Below are positions 48,124-64,000 of a DNA stretch of 64,000 nt, one piece after another. The stretch is from the human T2T-CHM13v2.0 reference genome, Homo sapiens. The position numbers and the translations under genes are program-made. Every line of letters starts with the position of its first letter. Position 1 is the first letter of the stretch. The notes under the pieces were generated by a model. It was not told the origin of the DNA, searched no databases, and saw only the letters and a program-made list of their open reading frames with translations. The stretch lies in the NCBI RefSeq assembly GCF_009914755.1, contig NC_060941.1. One strand, 5' to 3'.

Positions 48124-49320
48124 GACACAGCTGGGTCTGGTTACAAACATCAGAAACTAGAAAAGGAGGACGGGCGGTTGCACAGATGAGGATGAGGATG
48201 AAGATGAGGATGAGGATGGGCCAGGAGGGGACACAGCAGGAGCCACAGCAGCAAAACATCCTTGAAGACGACACACGTGACCAAGGGGCACACACGGGGG
48301 GCCCCCCTGGCAAGCCTGACGCAGATGAATAGACAGGGCCGACTGCCGGCCAGGAGGAGGGTGGGGTGGGGAAAGCCCTCGGCCCTCGGAGCTGAGGGTG
48401 AGACCCAGGCATGTGGTCCCGCCGACCTGCTGCCCAGCAGCCCGGATCCCCTGGGGCTGCCCTGGTGGCCAAGGCAGGTGGAGCTAGCGGTCGAGGTTTC
48501 TGGACTGAGGCCCCTCCCCCAGTGCGGTCATCCCACCCAGAACTTCGCTCTGCCCCTGCCCATTCTAGGACAGCCGGTGAGTCAGTTCCTCTGAGGGAGT
48601 AGGGGGAGCCCACTCCTTTCTGCCTGGAAGTGGAATTCAGGAATGTGGGGAGCTGGTCTGAGAAGGGGCTGGGCTTTGCCGCCAAGCCGGGTTGCCCCAG
48701 CCCTGCCCCTCCAGGCCCAGGTCCTCTGCGCTGCTGTGGGATTTCCTCTTTGCCAGAACACTCTGTTCTCTGCACAACCGGAACCCCTCCCTGCCCCACT
48801 CACAGGTGGGCCAAACCGAGGCTTCTGGGCGCCGCGGATACACATTCTAGATATGTATGTGTGTATATATATATGTATATATATATTTATATATAGCTCG
48901 TATATAGAATATATCTGTATATATGGTAGATGTGTGCGTGATACTCTAGATGGTGATGTGGAGACCTGCATGCTGGCCGGGCTGATAGAAACGGGGCTGG
49001 TTTATTCCCTAAGGGACTCCTAGACCTGTCCCGCTTCCTGCCAGCCGCTCAGCTAGGTCTCTCTCTAACAGTGAGTAGAAAAGCTAAGAAGAGTGGGCCC
49101 CGCTCTGCCCGCCGCGCTGGGGTCAGCATCCAGGCAGCCAGCGCCGCCTCCCAGCAGCTCCAGGGGGGGACCCTGGCCGCCACAGAGGCCTCCTTCGGGG
49201 AAGTTGAGTCAGGGATTCCTCCAGCTTCCTTGGCACCCAGAAATGGAGCGTCAAGGAGGGTCTTCAGAACTCGGCCTTCTGCTCGAGGTGCTGCCAGGGA
49301 GGGGGGTGGAGGGAGGGGTC

Positions 49321-49354
49321 CTACGGCCCCGAAGAGGGCAGTGTGGCCGGTGGG
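49321..49354 (-). CDS. CYGB: CYGB coding exon 4 (C-terminal tail and stop)
   Basis: Acceptor gtccacAG; PPATLPSSGP then TAG at 49323-49321; phase matches exon 3. Confidence 0.95.
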
Positions 49355-51718
49355 CTGTGGACGAGATAGGAAGGGAAGGACAAACGTTACCAGAGGCAGG
49401 GAAGGACCCTCGGGGGAAAGGGGGAGGACCTGGGGCTGGCGAGGCTCACTTCCTGCCAAGAGATCCGGCACAGTGCAGTTGAAAGCAACCGTGAGACCCA
49501 AGTTCTAGTCTCCGTCCTGCTACGAACGTGCTGTGTGATCTCAGGCAAGTCTACTGGCCCATGGGAGCTCCGGATCTTTTTCTCTAAAATGTGAATAATG
49601 TCTGTCTTGTGACATAAACTGGGTAAAAAAGTGTTTCACAAACTGCAAAGCACGATACCAATGTGAGCTCTTTTTCCATTAATTCTGAAACGTGGCGCAT
49701 TCTGTCCGGCCTGTCTCGTCCCTCCTCGGGCCACCCATCTGTATTCTCGTATTCTCGGTACACACAGCGCCCCCTGCAGTCATTGCGCCCCCCCCACCCC
49801 CCACCCACGCAAAGGCGCACACCCTGGAGCAGAGACGGCTCAATAAACAGTGGCGCCTGGCCCACCCCTGCTTCCCTGATAAGAGAAGTTGGGCGAGGGC
49901 CTTCTAGGACTCTACTCTGTAACTCCATCCTACCCTCGAGCCCATGGGGACCCTGGCAGCAGGGAGGCTCTGCAGGCTCAGGCCAGGGACACTAGGGGTG
50001 GGCTAGAGGGTGTAAAGGGATGAGGGGACCACCCCACCACTTGACAGCTGGGAGTAACCCCCATGGGGTGCCAGTTTCCACGGTAGCCCATCTCCATTCA
50101 GTCCACAAGGAGCAGAAGTGGGCGGAGGAGGAGACTTCGGCCGTTTCAAAATGTTTGGGGTTTGGAGAGATCTTAGTCCCTAGGGCAGGGTGGGGAGGGC
50201 AGGACGGGCAGCGTGCTGGGGAACTTGGGCCATGTGTTTCTGATTCACTGGGGCTCGCGCCCAGCCAGCTCTCTTTCCAGTCTCTCTTGGCCCTTGTAAA
50301 AAAGCCCTTTTCTCTGGAAGCAGGAAGTCTTGTGTCCTGGCTGTAAACAAACTCATCTTTGGCAGCAGAGCCTGCGTGGGGAGAGGGGTGGGAGGGCAGG
50401 CAAGCCCCCTCCCCTCCTCTTCCCCTGTCTTTTCCCTGGACCCTCTGGGTGACAGCTGGTGGGGGGTGAGGGGGCAACCACTGCTCTCCACGCCCTGCCA
50501 GTGCCCTCCTCTGGTGGGCCAACATCTGCTTGTTTCCCATTGACTCCCAGGTCTCAGGCAGGCCAGGGCCCAGCTGTGCACATCTGGAGTTGGCTTGGCT
50601 CCAGCCAGCAGTTCCCGAGGACTCCACTCTCTTGGGGTGGTGCTGACGGGAGAGGGGGGAGGGGAGCAGGAGCCAGCCCGGGGCCAGTGTGGTCAGCAGC
50701 AGGAAGGGCAGGAGGCCTGGCGTCCCCAGCTGCCCTCAGGGGACCTCCTCCAGGAGCTGTGCCTGTGAACAGAAGGGCCGGCAGTCTTGGGGGCCCGTGC
50801 AGAGCCCGGCGGGAGACGCCGCCTTTTCCATGGGAAACTGCTGGGAATGTTTCTCTACCACGGGAATGTTTCTCTACCACGCGTGTCCCGGGCTGCTGGC
50901 TGACCTCTGCTTCCCATTCCCGCCTCCGCTCCTCTCCTCCTTCCTACTCCAGCCCTGCCTCCGCCTCTCCATTCAGCTCCCAGAGTCAGCCTCCCCTTGG
51001 GGGCCCAGGGAGGCCGAGTGTTCCCAACCGCCACATCTGGGGGCTAGCCCTCCCCTCACGCTCCGAGTCAGCAGGAGTCACAGAGGGCGGCCACCCTCCT
51101 TGAGCCACCTCCTGGGCCCAGAACTGGAAGCCCAGCCTCCAGGTCAGCCTGGAAGTAAACATGCCCCTGCTCGTGTGCGTGTGAGCGACACCCATGTAGC
51201 TTCCTCGTGGGCTGGGGTGTGTGTGTGTGTGTATGTGTCCTCGTGATCCTCCGGGCTCTAGCCCTATTGAGGCAGAGGGCATTTAGCAGCACTGGTCGGC
51301 ATGAGATGAAAAAACAGCCCCTTGTGATTGGCACCCAGGGAGGAAGTGGCTGGGCTGACCTGGGCTGCCTCCGAGCCTGATGATCGGACCTTACCGCCAG
51401 GAGCCTCTGGCGCCTCTCTGCCTGGGCAGCTGTGGCTTTGGGTGCTCTGAGCTCTCCCTGGCTCTAGGGAAGGGGAAGGCTCTTTGGGAGGATTTTTGCT
51501 CAGGGCTCATGGCTCTGAGCAGCCTGAAGTCACAGGGGAGCCATCTTGAAGGCCTTTCCTATTATGCCTGTTCTTACATGTCAGACCCCAGGGTTGGCCT
51601 GCCTCAAGTGTGCCTGCCCAGGTGATCAGCCCCAGGGCCTCAGGAGATATGGGAGACCTCGGGGACAGCAGAGGACATGGCGGGGAGGCTGCCCAGCCCA
51701 CCCTCGCCCGCCTCCTCA

Positions 51719-52668
<950 letters not shown>

Positions 52669-53271
52669 TCATCTCCTAGGCCTCTGTCTTCCTCGCTTCT
52701 TGCTTCCTTCCCAAACTCTACACCCCCTTCAAGCCCTGCTCTAGTCATAGCCGAGAGGGTAAGAACTCAGGTTCTGGAATCATGAGTTGATCTGAAATTA
52801 AATCCTCTCTAGTTGGACTGAAATTGTTCTGACTCTCCCAAAATACTGCTTTCATGAAGTCATGCTTATGCTCAAAAACATTCAATGGCTCCCTATTGTC
52901 TGCCAAAGTGAAACTCCTTAACCGGGCATTCCAGACTTCTGAACTGTCCCCCACCCGCTTCTTCAAACTCATGTCCACATTCCCCACTATACTCGCATCA
53001 TCCCTGTCCTGGCTCAGCGGCTTTACTTACAGTTGGGAAAATGTTCCTCGGGTGAGCCACATTCCTTTCTACTACCCTTTTCCTGTGTCAGACATGCCTT
53101 ACCTGGAGCAGGCTGGCCCAGGGGAAATGCTTTGCCCCTGAGGCCATTGGCACTACTCAGGTGACCTTCCCTGCCCTCCTTCCAGCGTGTCAGACTGGAT
53201 CCCAAGGCTCTCACGCACCCTCTGACCCCCTGCCCTAGCTGGGGCCCTGCAGTGTGAAAAATGACAATGGC

Positions 53272-55224
<1,953 letters not shown>

Positions 55225-57939
55225 TGTTATTGTATTTAATTGCCACAGCTAAGCGGGTATTACCTCTATTTTACTGATGAGGAAACAACAGGGAACATTT
55301 ATTGAGCACTTACTGTATGATCTCACGAATCCTTGCAATTCTCTCCTGAGGTAGGCACTGTTTTAATCCCCATCCTATGAATTAGGAATTGATGTCCAAG
55401 ATTGCCCAACAAAGTAGATGGCAGTGCCAGGAAGGGGCCCAGGCAGGCCCGCTTTGACAGTTTCCCTACACTGCCTGGAGAGACAGCTGTGCCAGGGGAT
55501 CGTGGCCTGGTAACCAGGTGTCTCCTGCCTCAACACCCACCACCGGGTTGTGGCCCTGAGGAATGACAGTCTCAGGGAGTCCCCACCCAGACCCTCCACG
55601 GTTCTGTGGCCCCTGGGGCCCATGTGCCTGGCTCCTTCCTCCTGGCTCTGCGGTGTTTCCACCTGAGACCCTCCCGGTCTCAGCCTGTGCTGCCAGGGAG
55701 GAGCCTCCGCAGCCAGCCCTGGGGAGTTTCTCAGCTCCCAGAGGCATCTGGGCTTCCAAGAGAGCCTGAAATAGGCCTGTCTGAGTGTGAGGAGGAAGGT
55801 GTCAGAGTTACAACCAGCAGGGAGGGTGGGTGTTCCCTCTTGGTCTCCTCCCTGGCAGGGAATGGAAGTGTGGGGTCTGCCTCAGGCTCTAAAGCAACGC
55901 CTCCTCCACCCCCACCAATGTGGCAACTTCTCCAGGTTGGGGGTGTGGAAGTGCAGCTGCCTCCTTCCTGCCCTGCAGGCTCATAAGGGCTGAGGGTGCT
56001 GGCCTGGCGCAGTGGGGAGGGCAGAGGTGAGAGTGCTGGCCAGAGGGCTGCAGCTGGGGTCTTGACCTTGAGGATGTGTATGTTGTGTGTGGGAAGACAG
56101 GGTGCTGTGTCAAGACTGACGGGCCCAGGATCTGAGAAGGGACCTTCAGGAGCCCTTATCCCCCTTTCTTCCCCTTCCCCCACTGACCAGGCCCTGGACA
56201 GAGACAGGAGGAGAGAAAAAGGAAAGCAAGGCCCTGTGGGGCTTGGGCTGGCAGGGAGTGGCTGAGACAAAGCTGGGCCAGGCTGTCCTGGGGCTGGGCT
56301 CTAGTCCACAAAGAAGTGGAGTCAGAGTGGTGAGGGGTTACTCTGGGCACTGAGTGCATTGGTAATGACCTCCCCCAGCCCAGGCCCAGGCCCCTCTAAG
56401 AGACAGGAGTGGGGAACTGGAAGAGGGGTGTAGAGAGAGAAAGAAATCCTTGCTGAAAACTCGGACTGCCCAGACATGGCCCTGGCCTCGGTGTTTCGTT
56501 TCTCCCTTGGCATCTGCCCTACCCTGGTCCCCTTCCTGGGGAGGTTCAATGGTGTCCCGTGATGTGGACGGTGAGCACTTCCTCCACGTATCCGCACAGG
56601 TACCTGGCAGGGGTTGGGACACAAAACCTCCAAGGTCCTGAGGACCCTGCCTCGCTTCTTCATGGTGACCCATGAGTGTGCCAGACGCATGCAAGGCCGG
56701 TGGGCTGCAGGTGCTGACACACGGCTGACGGCACCCTCCGAGGATGCAGTCTGGCACGTCTGCGGCTCTGCTACCCACAATGTGCTTGTGTGGGTGCCAG
56801 CACCTGTGGGGATTGGTGGTTCCGAGCGTCTGAGGACCTAGTATCCCAATGTCCCTCTTAGCTTCCTGCCACTCCCGACTGTGTTTCTGGGCTTGGGGGC
56901 TGCTGAGATAGCTGCCCCATCCTCAGGAGCGCTCCTCTAACTCCTTAGAAGTGCTTCCTGCTCTTTTTCCTCCAAAATCTGCTTCTGAGTTGGAATCAGG
57001 GCATATCATGGTGGAGCTGGGTCGGTCCCAGGCTTGGGAGAGGCCACAGGGAGAAGAAGCTGGAGATGGAGCAGGCCTGGTAGTCAAGGATGCACTAAAG
57101 CTGCCCTTCCAGAGCGAGGCTTCACCCCATCTGCACATGACAAGGCTGCCCTGCTCTGTCCTAGATTTGACCGCTTTCCTCTGCCAAGAAGAGGGGCTTG
57201 AGGGTGAGCATGGTCTGGGGCTCCTCTGCCTGCACCCCCAGGGACCAGCACGTGTGGAAAGAGAGCATGGATTTGTAGCTAGAGTCAGTGACTAGCTTTC
57301 GAGACTTGGACACATCACCTCTATAAGGATGGTGTGTGTGCTCTAAGCCTAGGTGTGTGAAGAACGGGGCGCTCTGTGTTTGTGGGTCTCTTGGGGGCAT
57401 GTAGTGCCTGAATGACCCCTAAGCCCAAGCCACTGCATTTCCTCCCTAGGTGGGAGGTTTTAGGGTTAGGCCCTGTCTCCTGAAGCTTCTCTCTTCTTCC
57501 CCTCACCCTCCAAACTCAGCAGGGATTGTATCCTAGGGGACTGTTTGCTTCTCCACTCACCTGTGCCTGCCCTGGGCGCTCCTGCTGGCCCGTGCCCTCC
57601 AGCGGGAAGGGGGCAGCTGGGAACACTGGACCCCCCGGGCTCTCCTCTTTCTCAACCTCTGCTCTTTGCTCTCTGTTCTTCCAAGAGGCTTTGAATCCCG
57701 CAAGCCGCTGAGCTGGAGACAGGGTTCTGCTCCTCTTTGTCCCGCTTCTTGGCTGAGCCTCGGTTTTCCCATCTCTAAAATGGGGAGCCCCTGCTATACT
57801 ACCTTTGAAAGGCCAGAAAAATGTGTGTGTCTGACAGTTTGGCTGGGTGTCTGGGGTGGCTGGCCGAGCAAGGAGTTCTGAGGCCGGGGAGAGGAGGGGG
57901 ACCGAGGTGCTCTCCTGCATCTGGTTCCTAGATCCTGGT

Positions 57940-59230
<1,291 letters not shown>

Positions 59231-60699
59231 TGGCTTATGAATGACACGGACAGGCAAGAACCAGCCGCTGCCCTGAATTCTAGCCCAGCTGGTGGCGGAG
59301 GAAGTCCAGAGAGGCACCGGATAGGGCAGACAGGACCTGGCAGACAAAAAGTCTTGAGGAAGGCGCAGGCTGCTGGGGACATCTCAGCCGCCACCAAGGG
59401 CCCGATTCCGGGCCTGGGGGAGGCAAATCCTTCCTCCTGGTGGGCCCTATCCAGGGCAGTGTGAGATTGGGCCAGAGGTGGGGGGAGAATCCCATGGTGC
59501 CTGCCCTGCAGCGGCTGCTCAGTCCTGGGGACAGCCTGAGGCCAGACAGGGCCTGGCAGTGTTGGGAAGAGATGTCACTCAGGCTCCCGGCGACCCCTGT
59601 CCTCGCTCAAGACTTGATGTCCCATTGCCCAAGCATTGCTAAGGGTTGGCTCTGCGCTTTCACTATGGTTCATGTATTTATTCTTAAAATCCGACTTTAA
59701 GGTCCGGGGGAGGCGAGGAGAACTCACCCTGGCCAGCCTCAGCTGCAGCCTGGGCCCCTCCTGGGAGCTCAGGGTTCAGGTGCCTGGGGGACCCTGAGGC
59801 AGTGCCTCTGACACTGTCTCCCCCTTGTTGAGGGAATGAAAATCTAATGCCTCCTGGGGGTCTTGGAGGGGCTGGAGGGGAGCGGGTGGGTTCAGGTTCT
59901 CACACCACTCCCAGACCCATGTCTCAGCGTGGCCATGGCTGGCTCCATGCTCCACACACACACTGAACAGCTTCTCAAAGTTGGTGTGACCAAGTGGCTG
60001 CCCAACAGGTCCCCTTGGGATGTGGAAAGAAAATAGGAGAAATCGTGTAACTATTTCTTTTCATCTCATCCTTTGCAAATGTAATATAGTCGTATGGTGT
60101 AGGAATGAATCTGTACAGTAGTCTAGCATATAATTTGTAAGTGGCTGCACCTGTCTATTTTGTGAGTGCACACTTGAATTCTGCCTTTTACTGAAGAGGG
60201 CGTGTAATCAGAAAAGTTTGGAGAGGATTGTCCAGAGGGTAAAACTGCCAGCCCTTCACTGTTGAGTCTCCCGTCTCTCTGGCTTCATTATCCAATATTC
60301 CTCCCCTTTCTTCCTCCTCTCCTGATGCTTCCACGGTGACATCATTGCTTCACCTCCATTCACCTTGCAGTTACTGGCAGATGCTCCATGCTTTCATGTC
60401 AGTAGCTTCGGCAGCGTCTTCTGTCTGAGGGCTCATCCTGCCTTGTGCACTGCAAATTCAGAGGCCCTTGCTCCTCTTTAAACGTTGCCCTGATGCCTGC
60501 AACTCTGAAAGTGCCCTGTAGGCGCCTTGAATAACTCCTGGGTCACTCTACTGCAGTCATTGTACTTGACAGCACATTTGTTTAGAGTGGCAGCTCCTTG
60601 CAAGCAAGGCCCAGTCTCATCAGATCGAGACTCCGAATACGTGCTCAATGCCACAGTGCATGCCTTGACCCTACCGCTGGAGGGGAGAACCTGGGCCCA

Positions 60700-60770
60700 G
60701 TGAGCTTAATCAGTCCTCACAAGGTCGGGGCCGCTGACCCACTAATCAGCTTGAGCCTCCTAATCCATCC
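60700..60770 (+). promoter_or_regulatory. PRCD: PRCD photoreceptor promoter: cluster of three K50 homeodomain (CRX/OTX2) sites
   Basis: TAATCA 60707-60712, TAATCA 60743-60748, TAATCC 60761-60766, 120-180 bp upstream of the ATG. Confidence 0.7.
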
Positions 60771-60887
60771 CCAGCAGGAACCGCAGGACAGACGGCAGTG
60801 GCTCCTGAGAGCTGGCTGGGGCCATTTTGGCCCCTCGCCTGTGGCCTTCTGCAGACTTGGCCTGGGAGGGGATGGGGCAGCTGCGCC

Positions 60888-60961
60888 ATGTGCACCACCC
60901 TTTTCCTGCTCAGCACCCTGGCCATGCTCTGGCGCCGCCGATTTGCCAACCGAGTCCAACC
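60888..60961 (+). CDS. PRCD: PRCD coding exon 1
   Basis: gccATG TGC; MCTTLFLLSTLAMLWRRRFANRVQ(P); donor CC|GTGAG; Cys2, hydrophobic helix and RRR cluster typical of PRCD. Confidence 0.95.
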
Positions 60962-61251
60962 GTGAGAAACTGACCGGGCTATGGCTGGCGGTTGGTGGGG
61001 GGGGGGGGGGCATGGGGCTGGGCTGCCACCAAGCTGAAGGTGGGCAGGGGCTGCGTGAACCTTCAGCGGGGCTGGGAGGGCATTTTGAGGAACCCTTGAG
61101 AGAGCACAGTCTCAGAGCAGGGGGACTTAGAGCTTCAAAGGCTCTAGTTGCAGCCTCTACTCCCATAGCCCAATGCGGCCTGGACCTGTGGAGGGACAGT
61201 GAGGGGCTGGGCACAGCCATAGCTCTTCCTCCCTACTCTTGCCTCCCACAG

Positions 61252-61320
61252 AGAGCCCAGCGACGTGGATGGGGCAGCTAGGGGCAGCAGCTTGGATGCG
61301 GACCCTCAGTCCTCAGGCAG
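61252..61320 (+). CDS. PRCD: PRCD coding exon 2
   Basis: Acceptor ctcccacAG; EPSDVDGAARGSSLDADPQSSG(R); donor CAG|GTAAG. Confidence 0.95.
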
Positions 61321-63299
61321 GTAAGGCAGGAGTCTGGGCTGGGGGAGGGAGGGTGCTGCCAAGGAAGCTGTGGCTGTGCATGCCTGGGGGTGCACGTGTG
61401 TGCCTGTGCGCGCCTGTGCGTGCACCGTATCCTGGCCCTTGCCCTAAGCACCCTGCTCCCTGTCCGCCTGCTGGGCAGGCTGGATGTCTGTTTTCTGCGG
61501 TTGGGAATGGGAACCCTCAGCTCGCTCCTCTGGACCAAAGCCGCTGTGCCTCTCATCTCCAGCACGGGGCGGTCCCCCGGGGCACCTTCTGTCAGAAGGC
61601 ACAGGGGAGTGGAAGGAGGGATGAGGCAGGAGTAGCTCTGTGTGGCTTTGCTCGCCTTTCCTTGCCCTTCCCCCTCCTCCTCCTCTGCCCCCGCCCTGCC
61701 TCAGCTAGGCTGCCTGAGCCTCCAGCAGGATTCGCTGTCCAGTCCCCAATAGAAGGCGCGGGAGGAGCATGACATCATCAGCATAGAGTGCCATTGGCTG
61801 GGCAGACCCTGCGGGCAGGACGCTGTCTCCAGTGGCCAGAAAGTTAACTCTTCCCTAGGCTGGAGCCATGTGGTCTTTAGGGGGTGAAGTTGGGGGAACT
61901 TCCAGACTTTTCCTTCCCTGGGTGACCAGTGTCGTTCGATGATAGGGGCGCCTATCCCAACCAAACACTGGAAAAAATCAGCAAATCTTTATGAAGTTCC
62001 CATGCATGAGGGGTTCCTTCTGTGCCTATGGACTCACCTAGCATGGGAGACCTGTCTGAAGAGTGACTTTTTTGCTCCCAGTGAAACAAAGAGTAAAAAA
62101 GATCCGATGACATCTTTGGGTCAGGGCGCACTGGCAGGAGGGTGTCTCCACACAGGGAAGACTCAGGTGGCGGGTACTGTGACCATCCATGTCTCTTTCT
62201 GAGTGGGGACCTGCCAGCAATGTGTCCCTTAGATATGCAGAAACTGGCAACCGAGAGAACTTCCGTCTTTCTGTCTCCTGTCGTCTGAGTCCTGGGATTC
62301 TGAGTCCTGAGATTCTGATGATCAGAAGGCCCAATGGGAAGCCCTGGGCCTGTACAGGAAGCGGAGGCATTTCTGCGACACCTCAACTCGATAGGCCAGC
62401 TGGCATCATCATAATAGTGCCTAATTGATATCACTAGTTAAATCAGCTACAATGACCACCCCTGGGCCTCCCCCGATAGGAGGCCCTCAAATGCTGGGTG
62501 GTCCACGCTATTGAGCCCGGGTCTAGAGTTGGGCAGGGAGAATTTAAATTCTGGCTTCCCTCTTACTAATGGAAAGACTATGGGGGAAATTTATGCAATC
62601 AGTTTATTTATATGTAAACTAGGATTAATAACAGTGGTTGTGAGGTTTTGGTGAGGGTGCAGAGTGATTGCTCCATAAATGCTAGCAGCTGTCTTGTTTC
62701 ATGCTCGGGACCTGTGCTTTAGTTTTCTCCAGAGGTTTCCTACCTATTAAGTCACTCGGGAGGCTCAGTAACCCCAGAGGATTGGCAGGACATGTGTTTT
62801 TAATCTTTGGTTAATGGTTGTGGAAACTGAGGGACAGGGAGATTTAGGTGGCTTGCTCCAGATCATCTATCTCATTTGTGGCTAATGCGGGATGCTCAGG
62901 CCCGATTCCAGGCAGGGTCTCTTCTACATGAAATGGGCCTGGACCTCCTGGCAGGAGAGAAAAGGCCAAATCTGAGGACCATCTGGCCAGGCCTGGCCTG
63001 GCGTGACTTAGCCAGAAGGAAGCAGTTGCCTATTAACTCCTTGGGACCCAGTTAACTGGAAAAATTGGTCTGACATCGAGGAACCACCTGCCGATGGTGG
63101 CTGCCGTGGAAGGCTGGCAGTGGGGGTGACATTTCTACTCTCCAGTCACACTGTCCTAAATGCCAACTGATTCCTTAGGTGGTCCTGCCCCTCAATATTG
63201 GGGTGAATTGATAGGGATGGGAGGAGGAGGAAGAGGAGAGTCAGAAACATGGGAAGGTCGTGCCCTTCAATCCTGACCCCAGTGCTTTCCTCTGTTTAG

Positions 63300-63321
63300 G
63301 GAGAAAGAACCTCTGAAGTAA
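63300..63321 (+). CDS. PRCD: PRCD coding exon 3 (exon extends to 63380)
   Basis: Acceptor tttcctctgtttAG; EKEPLK-TAA; total 74+69+22 = 165 nt = 54 aa; donor CAG|GTAGG after 63380. Confidence 0.93.
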
Positions 63322-63775
63322 GCCCTCACCTCTGCAGGTGGGGCTCAGGCCCAGAGACTGGGATCAGCTGGCTCAGGCAGGTAGGGCAGGGCTGGGAGCC
63401 GGGGAGGGCAGAGGGCAAGGCTTGGGACAGGCAGGAAGCAACAGGCAAGTCCCGGCCATGTGGGAGGATAGCAGGCAGTGTTCAGCTCTTGCCACTGATG
63501 GAGGTTCAAAGTAGGCGGATGGACTCATGCCTTTGGCTGCTACCTTGAGCCTGTTGTGGTCCGGGCCATGGGGCAAGGATGAGTTTGAAGAGAACCAGGT
63601 GTAGTTTGACCACATTTTCTAGGCTTGGGGATGGCGAGGTGGTCGTGCTGGGGCATGAGGGCAGTGTCGGAGGACGCCCAAGGGAGAGGCGGTGCTCGGA
63701 AACATCCACTCTGAAATGCGAGTCCCATCCCCAGGTGTGGGAGAAGTGCTGATCTGTTCTGGTTTTCTGTTTCAG

Positions 63776-63868
63776 CTCAGGTCCTGGTTCGTCCCCTAGC
63801 CCAGGAGGATGCTGTGGGAGCTGCAGCAGCGGCAAGAGGGAGAATGGGGGGAAGCAGCACTAGAGAAG
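63776..63868 (+). other. PRCD: Probable PRCD non-coding 3'UTR exon 4 (alternative AG would start it at 63781)
   Basis: Strong polypyrimidine acceptor gttctggttttctgtttcAG and donor AAG|GTAGA. Confidence 0.65.
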
Positions 63869-64000
63869 GTAGACGCCTCCCTCTCAGCCCGGGACCTGCC
63901 AGTCTCCCCTTCCCCCAGGCCCTGGGTGTGGGCTCCTGAGCAGGACCTGGCTGGGCCTGGCAGAAAGAGCAGACGTGCTCGCTGCTCTCGGACGGGCTTC

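Noticed and set aside
60888-60961. Pathogenic PRCD alleles
   Set aside because: Cys2 (TGC), Arg18 (CGA) and Arg22 (CGA) are intact here.
60598-61281. 227-aa unspliced ORF across PRCD exon 1
   Set aside because: Non-ATG start, runs through promoter and intron, not the PRCD frame.

Overview
Primate (most likely human chr17q25.1) genomic DNA, very Alu-rich, containing three recognisable genes. (1) The 5' part of RHBDF2/iRhom2 on the minus strand: CpG-island promoter near 22 kb, two non-coding exons and the first two coding exons; the gene continues past the left edge. (2) The complete cytoglobin gene CYGB on the minus strand: 4 exons, 190 aa. (3) PRCD on the plus strand, head-to-head with CYGB: 54-aa CDS in 3 exons plus a non-coding exon. 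Most ORFs in the supplied track are Alu, VNTR or CpG-island artefacts. I see no convincing new protein-coding gene or new multi-gene system. The strongest observations are a ~1.5 kb inverted duplication inserted into a split AluJ, whose two copies carry different Alu subfamilies at the same site; a strong-context overlapping uORF, a stop codon embedded in a cryptic splice donor and an NMD-like 3'UTR layout in PRCD; a 25-copy G-rich 28-bp VNTR next to the CYGB poly(A) site; and candidate CTCF, interferon/NF-kB and CRX motif clusters. Repeat subfamily names and repeat boundaries are by-eye estimates.
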